Shown: piece by piece, positions 11,841-20,140 of the stretch
How the letters are laid out: every line of letters starts with the position of its first letter
How positions within the stretch are numbered: position 1 is the stretch's first letter
NCBI GenBank assembly: GCA_965649825.1
Contig: OZ287697.1
Coordinates: forward strand, 1,536,351 to 1,600,350
Origin: Penicillus capitatus
Lineage: Eukaryota; Plantae; Chlorophyta
Length of the DNA stretch: 64,000 nt
Reading direction: 5' to 3'
Notes under the pieces: model-generated
Told to the model about the DNA's origin: nothing
The model's database searches: none
Seen by the model: the letters and a program-made list of their open reading frames with translations, nothing else
Translations under genes and position numbers: made by a program

Positions 11841-13689
11841 GGCGAGGGTTGCAATGTCCGTTTCGCCGACAATGAGCTCCTCCGAATATAAAAAGCCTCG
11901 ACGGTTTTTTAGACATTCTGCCCATCGCAACGCTCCGCGTCAGCTTCGAAGCTGGCCCAAACTGATCGACAGACCCCATCATTGATCGGTCCCCTTTCGC
12001 TAAGCATCTTGTTCGATGGCTTCTTCTGCAACCGCAGGAAGAGTTGTGTCCGTAGTATTCTAGCGGTCGCTTCTCAGCGACGATATCGCGATGGACAAAG
12101 TCGCGACAAGAGAAGCAAATCCTGGGTTTGACATGCGGTCGCGCAAGCCGACCGTGACGCGACGGACGTGATCGATTCCATCGAGCGGCAGCTGCCGGTC
12201 GACTGAGCTTCCGCGTGCCTGCCTCCTTTGCCTTTGGAGAACACTTTCCGCCTTATGAAGAAGCGACTCACGAGCTCTCTTTCCACTGGGTCCGACAGAG
12301 CAACTGTTCGTGACGCGAATGGTCCAATGACTGAAACCCTACGGAAGCAAATTACTTCCGGCTGAAAACAATCCCCTGTCTTCTTGATGTGGCAGATGAT
12401 AATGAGTGGGGTATTTGAGTTGCATTGCTACTGTATGTATCTTCATCTAGGAAGCAAAGTTTAGAATGGAGATGGCAGAGGCTCGCTGACATAGAGCAGG
12501 TGAGGATAGAGTACCCTGTTGTGTTATTTTATCAGAAGCAATGCGAGCGGGACGGAGAAGAGCAAAAAATCAAGTAGCTTTGTAGCTGCAGTGTTCTGTA
12601 GGAGAACGTGATGGAGACGAAGACATGTTATTCTGAGATGTGATCTGCATGACTGGTATCACACCCCGTCAGTGACATTCCGGAAGTTGGCAATATACAA
12701 ACAGGATCCCCAAATGAATTTAGAACCCGCTGGCTCGCGGCACCGTACGCTTTGTGTTACCTATTAAGTTGCAGAAAAAGATCATACATACACCTGCGGC
12801 ACGTTGACATGCCCGACCGTAGACAATACCGTATTTGACTGTAAATACGCTTCCGTCTCGTGTATTCGTTCTCGCGCACCTCGTACGATAACAGGTCGCA
12901 GAGTGAACAGAGGGGAGAATCGGCTTCGGAAAAAAGAAGCCTGCCGTGCTTCGTTCGACGGCGGAAACTTCTCCTCTGTCATTTGCTGAGAAGAAGACTT
13001 ACTGTGGTGGCGTCGGTAGATCCTGCTGCCATGGGTGAGAGACGAGAAGTGACAGTACCACTGGACTGCATACTTCTGAATTGAAAGCAGACCCAGAAAG
13101 GCGGCGTACATAGCACCTCAGCAACACAGAAGAAATCAGTTGAGGTGTATGGAAGCTGATGAGAACATGCACTCTTCGGTGTCTTGACTGAATATCATGT
13201 CTGTCAGGACAGGCACTCGGATGATGTCGTCGGCCAAGAGCATAGTTACGAAGACGTTTTGGCTCATTGAGCACATAGGCATCATATGGACACCTGCTGC
13301 GTAACTAACCACTTTCATTACATGTAAGATCGAAGGTGTGACAGTCCATGTTGCATCCTCTCATTCACCTAATCGCGCGCGTTCCAGCTAAGATGATCGA
13401 TCATTGTTCAGAAAACTGGAGACTGATGCAGAACGTTCTTGGACTCGGAGAACTGGCCGCTTGAGAGCAGCGCCTCTTTGGGCGATCACGATCACATCGA
13501 TGAAGATCGCTCTGGGCATCTACAGCCATATGACATACAGTTCCGATTGAATACAGTTCGCTGGTATCTCTACAGCTGTCTCCGTTTGTGCTCTTCAGTC
13601 ATTGATATTCTGCTGTGTCGGTCGAACCATTCTGGAAACGAGCATCGACCAGATTCTTCACCGGACTTTTATCCTCTTCTAAAGACCGG

Positions 13690-13846
13690 TGTTCTGATGG
13701 AATACGATGAGAATAATCTAGAAAAAATGAACATTAAAACGGACGTGCTGGATCACAGGATTGTAACTGCGATCTGTACGTTTCACAAACGAACAGCCTA
13801 CCGCGAACGCGCATTCCTTTACCCTTTCGAGCGAATTCTCACAACA
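13690..13846 (+). repeat. 5' LTR of element B
   Basis: TGTTCTGATGG...CTCACAACA; matches 19984-20140 base for base by inspection. Confidence 0.97.
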
Positions 13847-16800
13847 TGGTTTCGGAGCGAGGTCTGCATGGCCTGCTCCTCTTCGGATTGAGCCTATTCT
13901 GGGTGACTGCACTTTGGGGTCACCAATCTGCTGACCTTGTAGATGTCAGAAAGACCACACTTGAGACCATCCGACACTTCGTACACGGACAAGGCGACTG
14001 GACAGACGACTACATTTTCGATATAAAAAGAAATCTGGATCTACAACTGCTCCACGAAACAGGGGAAAGAAAGGCCGTGGCAGTAATCTTGTATTGCACA
14101 ACAAACAAGTGTGACAGCATCTCGGAACGGCTCAGGACAATGAGCACCGAAAAAAATTCACACATGGAAGACTGCATGCACTACATAAAGGGACACAGTG
14201 AAGAACACGAGGATCTTGGAGGACAGACGCAAAAAACGATCATTGATGCGATCGGTGAATGTCCAAACAGCGTCATCGTATACGATGCTCTACAGGGAAT
14301 GACCCTGAGTGAGGCGAAGGTTCTTGTCAATGTTCTGTCAGAGGGAGGATCACTTACCTGGGACGGAAAAACGATAAAAACCACAAACAGTTTGCTTTTC
14401 TTAGTAGTGAGTGGGACACCATCCGATAGGGAATGGCGACCGAAGGAGCTTCTAGAGACAGCGCGGCATCGAGTATATGAAATGATAGTCGGGGATAGCG
14501 AAGACAACGAAACCCGTGTCTCGATCGCAAGGGCCCTACGTCGAAGATTTGAAGAGGCTGTGCCGATCTCCCAAGATGATTATCAGAGGGCCCGGGTTGA
14601 TGAACCGGAGGTGATGGTCGAAGAGTCTGCAGAAGGCCCAGCCAAGGCCGAGGATCCAGAAGTGCTGATAGAGGAATCTAGAGAGAGCCCAGAGCCAACG
14701 CGTGAGGAAAGCCAAGCGTCGATGGAAACACCGGAACAAGAAGCAGTGACAGAGACGACTCCGGAAGATGTCTTCAATATGCGCGGAGTTGAAGACGCTC
14801 TGCCTCAAGCTGAGTGGCCGCTCACAGTGGAACCAGGGGAGGTTACGCCAGAGATGGGCTTTCAAGAACGCGCCTTCAACGTATTAACACAGTCGGTATT
14901 GACAATGGGAATACACGGAATCGTCAATTGGATGGTTGGAGGACGGGTTACCGCAGCAGTATCATCACCTGGGATAATCTCAGCCTTCACCGCAGCGACC
15001 CTCAACAACATGCCAAAGAAAGAAAGTAAAATGGAACGGGACATGAAGGTTTTCCTCCGAACGGCTCACGAATTCATGAAATTGATGAATCACACCGCGG
15101 AAGTGGGAGAGAAACACAAGAAGCTAACGATCGGGAGCGACGACAGGATGTCGGACGATATGGCGGATGAAATGAAGAAGACGCTGCACAACATCAAAGG
15201 CCACATGGAAAACATCACATCCATACTCGACGAATGCGCATGTGACGACATAAACGACGGATGGAAAACTAGCCGAGGAGAAGAAACCTGGATAGAGAGA
15301 GTAGTCACGTGGATCCTCGGCGCTCGAGATAACATGGTGACGTGGACCGTTGGAGTCTTGTGGGATATATTCGGCTGGCCGGCCCTGCGAGGGGCATTGA
15401 TAACGAAGAATGGTTGGCAACTGCTCGGAGTCATGATTGTCCTAGGGAAGATCATAAACTGGATTGGATCGATCTTCGCATGTTTGGCGCGGAAGATAAG
15501 AATGGTAATAGGCATCGTTCGAGGCCTATGGTGGACAATGAGATTCGCATGGTTTTGCCTAAGATTCGATTGGGAAGGCCTAAAAGGTTTATGGACGTCC
15601 AGAAAGGAGGGATACACGCAGCAGCCTCAGCCTCAGCAACCGCAGCCGCAGCAGCAGCCTCAGCCTCAGCAGCCTCAGCAGCCTCGGAGAGAAGAAGAAA
15701 TCGTGACTATAGGTGATGCGAGACAGGAACGTATGATGCAAGAAGTCAGAGAAGAGATTCGCAATCTCACAGAAGGTGTTGCGCGAAATGCAGAAGAGAT
15801 GGAGGAAAGGGTAATCAATCAACAACGGATGATGCAAGGCACGATTGAATCAAGCCTCCAAACTTTAAATCGAAGAGTGGAAGAGTTGGACGACAGAATT
15901 CGAAGGGATCCACAGGCGCCAAGGCAGCAGGCACGAGTCCCATCGATGAGTGACTGGATTGAAGCGGAGAGAAGGCACCGGGGAGGTGGTATGACAGATC
16001 ATGACCGCAGACGACTTGAGAGGCAGTATCGGAGAGTGCAGGAACATGTGCAAAGGCAACCACAAGGAGAAGTGGGAGAAATACAACCAGACGTACATAT
16101 CGACCAAGTCAAAAGACAACAAGTTACATTCGGTCCAGCGATCCAAGATCTGCAAAGAATGTTGCCCAAAGGAAAGGAAGATATTAGCCAGTTTGCGATT
16201 CGATTGACGACTTTAATGGAAAAGATCCGACATCCAGAGAAGTACATGGTCGCGTTCGAACGCGTTTTCAATATTGCCCATCCGAGAATACAGGCCCAAC
16301 TTAGGACGCTTGGCTGTGACAACGCCCAAGAGTGGTCACGGGTCCAAAGAATCTTGCACGAGTTTATATCCAATGGACGTAGCACAGCAAGAATTCCGTT
16401 CCCCGGCAGACAACACGTTAAATCAGATGGACATGGATATCTATGTGAACATTGCAAGACAAGAGGTCACTCAGCGAAGGATTGTCCACAAAGAAACTCA
16501 AAGATGACAGTGGTCAAAGATCGTATTCCCCAGACAAACGTTGTACATACAGACGACACGAAAACGGGGACAACTCAAAAAAGGCTAATTCGATACAACC
16601 TTCCGTTGAAGATCGCCGGCATCCCAAACAAGATTTCGTTCTTACTGGACACCGGTGCAGAGACTAACGTTTTGTCGGAATCCTTAGCAAGGACCCATCA
16701 ATTTGTCTTGAACGAGACAAAAACAAAGGAAATCTCTGGATTTGACAATAGCACCAACAAACCGTTAGGGGAAGTCAAGTTAGATTGTTCTCTTGGCGAC

Positions 16801-16968
16801 AAGGAGACACAACTCTCGTTTTTGGTATGCAAGGGGGTGACAAAACCAATTCTGGGGTTAGAAGCTTTACAAACGTTAGGCCTCCGTTTAGACTGCAAAC
16901 AAGATTGTGTTTTTGATAGTGACGGTAGAAAGATTCTGATTCACCAAGTATCTCTGCCAAAAAACTGA
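13846..16968 (+). CDS. gag-pro: Element B ORF1 (1040 aa): signal peptide + Torsin/LAP1-like domain + membrane segment + Gag + CCHC + aspartic protease
   Basis: Uninterrupted ORF. Hydrophobic N-terminus LHGLLLFGLSLFWVTALWG. Zinc knuckle CEHCKTRGHSAKDC (16444-16485). Protease FLLDTGAETN (DTG at 16648-16656). Membrane-like segment WQLLGVMIVLGKIINWIGSIFACLA (15415-15489). Confidence 0.9.
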   Translation: MVSERGLHGLLLFGLSLFWVTALWGHQSADLVDVRKTTLETIRHFVHGQGDWTDDYIFDIKRNLDLQLLHETGERKAVAVILYCTTNKCDSISERLRTMSTEKNSHMEDCMHYIKGHSEEHEDLGGQTQKTIIDAIGECPNSVIVYDALQGMTLSEAKVLVNVLSEGGSLTWDGKTIKTTNSLLFLVVSGTPSDREWRPKELLETARHRVYEMIVGDSEDNETRVSIARALRRRFEEAVPISQDDYQRARVDEPEVMVEESAEGPAKAEDPEVLIEESRESPEPTREESQASMETPEQEAVTETTPEDVFNMRGVEDALPQAEWPLTVEPGEVTPEMGFQERAFNVLTQSVLTMGIHGIVNWMVGGRVTAAVSSPGIISAFTAATLNNMPKKESKMERDMKVFLRTAHEFMKLMNHTAEVGEKHKKLTIGSDDRMSDDMADEMKKTLHNIKGHMENITSILDECACDDINDGWKTSRGEETWIERVVTWILGARDNMVTWTVGVLWDIFGWPALRGALITKNGWQLLGVMIVLGKIINWIGSIFACLARKIRMVIGIVRGLWWTMRFAWFCLRFDWEGLKGLWTSRKEGYTQQPQPQQPQPQQQPQPQQPQQPRREEEIVTIGDARQERMMQEVREEIRNLTEGVARNAEEMEERVINQQRMMQGTIESSLQTLNRRVEELDDRIRRDPQAPRQQARVPSMSDWIEAERRHRGGGMTDHDRRRLERQYRRVQEHVQRQPQGEVGEIQPDVHIDQVKRQQVTFGPAIQDLQRMLPKGKEDISQFAIRLTTLMEKIRHPEKYMVAFERVFNIAHPRIQAQLRTLGCDNAQEWSRVQRILHEFISNGRSTARIPFPGRQHVKSDGHGYLCEHCKTRGHSAKDCPQRNSKMTVVKDRIPQTNVVHTDDTKTGTTQKRLIRYNLPLKIAGIPNKISFLLDTGAETNVLSESLARTHQFVLNETKTKEISGFDNSTNKPLGEVKLDCSLGDKETQLSFLVCKGVTKPILGLEALQTLGLRLDCKQDCVFDSDGRKILIHQVSLPKN
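13847..13863 (+). promoter_or_regulatory. Primer-binding site of element B
   Basis: TGGTTTCGGAGCGAGGT directly after the LTR; 14/17 match to plant-type tRNA-iMet PBS TGGTATCAGAGCCAGGT. Confidence 0.8.
15619..15684 (+). repeat. Gln/Pro low-complexity repeat in ORF1
   Basis: (CAG/CCT)-rich tract encoding QQPQPQQPQPQQQPQPQQPQQP. Confidence 0.85.
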
Positions 16969-16993
16969 AAAAAGAGCCTGTTTTTCAGCAGGC
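16959..16993 (+). promoter_or_regulatory. Candidate -1 ribosomal frameshift signal
   Basis: Heptamer A-AAA-AAC (16959-16965) immediately before the ORF1 TGA, followed by hairpin GCCTG...CAGGC (16976-16993). The -1 frame is open from 16965 into pol. Confidence 0.75.
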
Positions 16994-19991
16994 GATAAAA
17001 AAACAAAGAGAAAGGGGGGAAGAAAAAAGATTAGTTCTCATTAATCATAATTGGAGCAAAAAGGGAAAAAAGGAACAAAGAGAAAGCTCAAGTGCTGGTT
17101 GTCTCCAAGTCACTGAGGAGATCAAACCGGAATTTTTTCCTTTTAAGAAGAATGGGTGGATTATCTTTGTAGCTGGGAGGAGTATAGTCTTAGGGCCTTT
17201 TCGGAGTAGGAAGATTATCTTACCTTTTAGGTTTTCTGGAGACACAGAATGGAAAGCAATGTTTGACTGTACACAGAATAAAGGAATATTCTGCCGATGC
17301 AAGATTTATACAAATGGGCAGATAAGTATAGTAATTTACAACCAAACTGACGTTCCACAGCATATCACGAGCAAAATGAAATTAATTTGTGGAAAGGCGG
17401 ATATAGATTGGATTGTCGATGTGAACGGAGTGAAGCGTGCATTAAGGAACGATACGAAGAGAATACAAATGGTGACGAGTTCAGTAGACAAGCACGACAC
17501 GTTGAGTCTAGTACAGAGGTTAAAGGAAATGTTTCCAAATGTGTTCTGTGACAAGGTTAGATCAGCCAATGGGAATTTACTGCGTATTAGGGTTAGCGAA
17601 AGAGATTTATTATGGAATTATGAACCAAAACCTTGCTGGCGAGAGAATTATTTTTCCGATCTGACCGAAAAGGAGATTACCGAAGAGATAGAGTCGTTAC
17701 TTGAAGAAGAAATCATTCGAGTGTTATCCACGGATGAAGCAATCCATGCAGTCGTGGCACCTTTGAACTTTTTGAGAAAGCCAAATGGAAAAATAAGACC
17801 GACTATTGACTTCAGAGATATCAACACATATCTAAAGGGGAGTCAGGGTGGCACAATAACCCCGGTAGCTGACGCAATTAGTAAAATCGATCCTAGTTGG
17901 ACTGTTTTTAATATTGTTGACGTGGTTCATGGGTACGGTTCAATACCAATAGACGATAGGCTGTCTAAGTTTTTTGCATTGCATTGGAAGGGGATAACAT
18001 ATGGTTTCCGTAGACTTCCGCAGGGTGTTAACATAAGTCCGGAGCTCTTTAATAATAGAATGACTCACATTCTGCAAGGACTAGACGTGATAAGATATTT
18101 TGACGATATATTAGTGGGTGGAGAAACAGTGAATGATCTCTTTGAAAAGACTAGGCTGCTATTACAGCGTTTTGATGAATATGGTCTGACTATTAACATA
18201 CAAAAATGTGATTGGTTCAAGAGCTCCGTGAGTTTTTTGGGTACAGAACTGAATAATGGCACCATCAACCCATACCACAAGCTGCAAGCCATTTTACAGA
18301 AGTTGCCAAGGATAGAATCGCGCCATGACGTTCAAAGAGCAGTGGGGCTGTGTCAACAAGTCGCACCATATTGCTACAAATACACGTATGTCATGAATGA
18401 GCTGAAGCCGTTTCTTAAAAGAGAAAATAATGATTACAAACAAGCGAATAAGATTTTTCAAGAGACAGTAACCGATTTGTGTATTAATGCATACAGATTG
18501 ACACTACAGAGGGTGGGTCCGTTTCATTTGTACACCGATTGGTGTGGAAACCCTTTGAATCAGTTTGGATTTGTTCTGTTCAATTCAGCTTTGCAGCCAT
18601 GTGTTTTTGGTTCGTTTGCTACAAGCGAGAAGGTAGGAAGTTTTTTGGGGGAATTGATGGGGATCGTGGAAGCTTTAAAGCAATGTTTTTACATGACAAA
18701 GGGATTTGCTGTTACCGTATATTCGGATAACCAGGCCACAGTAGAGTGGCTGAAGGAGCCGACATTTTTGCACAAATTCAAGGATTTAAGGATACAACGA
18801 CAATATAGTTGGCTGAGGCATCATTTTTCACTAGACAGACTGAATTTCCGTTTCGTAGAAGGGAAGGACAATGCGATCGCAGATGTACTCAGTCGATGGA
18901 AGGTGGCTAATCCAGTGGCCTCGGAAATCAACCAAAAACACCAGGGCTACCAAGTTTGTACCCTCGGGGTACAACAAGAAACACAAAGTTGGCGTAGGGA
19001 AGCGATTGCTCGAGCACACAAGGGCCACTTTGGAATTAGAAAGACGTGGTTGAATTTGAGATCGGATGGGTTCAGGTGGGAAAATGATTACGAAGACGTC
19101 AAAAGTTTTGTTCAGACCTGTGATGTTTGCCAGCAATTTAGACAATTGCAACACAACGTAGATTTAGGGATGATAGATAGTCCAACACCGAACCATACCT
19201 TGTGTTTAGATTTCATCGGTCCGTTACCTAGAGGAAGGCATGGGTATCGTTTTATTGCAACCGGTATAGATGCATTTACCAAGTTTGGCACGGCGCAAGC
19301 ATCTAAAACGTGTTCTACTACTCAGATTATAAAGCTGCTGAAGAACTGGATTGCATTGAATGGCCCACCGGAACGTATTCTGTGTGACAATGGAGCAGCA
19401 TTCATCTCAAAAGAGTTTGAGAGTTTCTGTGAACGACACGGCGTTGACATCATTCACACACCGGCGTATGCACATAAAAGCGCCGGCACAATTGAAGCGT
19501 ACAACAAGAACTTCGTCAATCGTCTAAAGAGAATTTGGAAAGAGAAAAGAGGAGACTGGACCGAACACATCAACGAATGTGTGCAAGAAATAAATCGAGC
19601 AGTGCATTGCACTACTCTTTTCTGCCCAAGATATCTCCTTAAAGGAATTCACAGAAGTGGCAGACTAGCCAATGATGAGCAATTAGCAAAAGATCGGAAA
19701 CTGGCTTACGAGAGAATCAAAAGAGCACACGAGCAGTCTGCGAAGAGATATGCAAAGAACGTCAAAGATGTTCCTATTTACGAGGGCATGGAAGTATCTT
19801 GGTACAACTCCAAATTAGCTGATCGCTTAGACTCTAAGCTCTATTCTAAGTGGGTTTCTCCCTGTGTTTTGACAAAGAAACGTAGTGAACATCGTTGGGA
19901 TATCGAACTGCCTGACGGGTCTTACCTCTATAACGTACATCGAGATTTTCTTCAACCATTTCGGCGAAAGATAGGTGGGCCCATGTTCTGA
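16965..19991 (+). CDS. pol: Element B pol: dUTPase-like linker, RT, RNase H, integrase (no chromodomain)
   Basis: Hand translation shows no stop from 16965 to the listed ATG at 17259. RT motifs RPTIDFRDIN, LPQG and YFDD (18096-18107). RNase H motifs LYTDW and NAIADVLSRW. Integrase HHCC, DFIGPL, CDNG and IEAYNK. The stop codon lies inside the 3' LTR. Confidence 0.93.
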   Translation: MKKEPVFQQAIKKQRERGEEKRLVLINHNWSKKGKKEQRESSSAGCLQVTEEIKPEFFPFKKNGWIIFVAGRSIVLGPFRSRKIILPFRFSGDTEWKAMFDCTQNKGIFCRCKIYTNGQISIVIYNQTDVPQHITSKMKLICGKADIDWIVDVNGVKRALRNDTKRIQMVTSSVDKHDTLSLVQRLKEMFPNVFCDKVRSANGNLLRIRVSERDLLWNYEPKPCWRENYFSDLTEKEITEEIESLLEEEIIRVLSTDEAIHAVVAPLNFLRKPNGKIRPTIDFRDINTYLKGSQGGTITPVADAISKIDPSWTVFNIVDVVHGYGSIPIDDRLSKFFALHWKGITYGFRRLPQGVNISPELFNNRMTHILQGLDVIRYFDDILVGGETVNDLFEKTRLLLQRFDEYGLTINIQKCDWFKSSVSFLGTELNNGTINPYHKLQAILQKLPRIESRHDVQRAVGLCQQVAPYCYKYTYVMNELKPFLKRENNDYKQANKIFQETVTDLCINAYRLTLQRVGPFHLYTDWCGNPLNQFGFVLFNSALQPCVFGSFATSEKVGSFLGELMGIVEALKQCFYMTKGFAVTVYSDNQATVEWLKEPTFLHKFKDLRIQRQYSWLRHHFSLDRLNFRFVEGKDNAIADVLSRWKVANPVASEINQKHQGYQVCTLGVQQETQSWRREAIARAHKGHFGIRKTWLNLRSDGFRWENDYEDVKSFVQTCDVCQQFRQLQHNVDLGMIDSPTPNHTLCLDFIGPLPRGRHGYRFIATGIDAFTKFGTAQASKTCSTTQIIKLLKNWIALNGPPERILCDNGAAFISKEFESFCERHGVDIIHTPAYAHKSAGTIEAYNKNFVNRLKRIWKEKRGDWTEHINECVQEINRAVHCTTLFCPRYLLKGIHRSGRLANDEQLAKDRKLAYERIKRAHEQSAKRYAKNVKDVPIYEGMEVSWYNSKLADRLDSKLYSKWVSPCVLTKKRSEHRWDIELPDGSYLYNVHRDFLQPFRRKIGGPMF
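19966..19983 (+). promoter_or_regulatory. Polypurine tract of element B
   Basis: GAAAGATAGGTGGGCCCA directly precedes the 3' LTR. Confidence 0.65.
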
Positions 19992-20140
19992 TGGAATACG
20001 ATGAGAATAATCTAGAAAAAATGAACATTAAAACGGACGTGCTGGATCACAGGATTGTAACTGCGATCTGTACGTTTCACAAACGAACAGCCTACCGCGA
20101 ACGCGCATTCCTTTACCCTTTCGAGCGAATTCTCACAACA
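19984..20140 (+). repeat. 3' LTR of element B
   Basis: Identical to 13690-13846 and followed by CCGG. Confidence 0.97.

Larger units (their letters stand above)
13690..20140 (+). mobile_element. Intact Ty3/gypsy LTR retrotransposon (element B), 6451 bp
   Basis: Identical 157-bp TG...CA LTRs, CCGG on both flanks (4-bp TSD), PBS, PPT, and domain order Gag-PR-RT-RH-IN. Confidence 0.97.

Noticed and set aside
12780-13689. Possible minus-strand host gene interrupted by element B (continuing at 20141-20260)
   Set aside because: Partly open frames exist, but they contain stops, have no recognisable motif and give no consistent splice model.
16965-16993. H-type pseudoknot at the frameshift site (CTGAAAAA/TTTTTCAG plus GCCTG/CAGGC)
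   Set aside because: The second loop would be 0 nt and stem 1 overlaps the ribosome footprint; only the simple hairpin is retained.
19750-19991. Chromodomain at the integrase C-terminus of element B
   Set aside because: Only a GPY/F-like segment (SKWVSPCVL) is present and the ORF ends shortly after.
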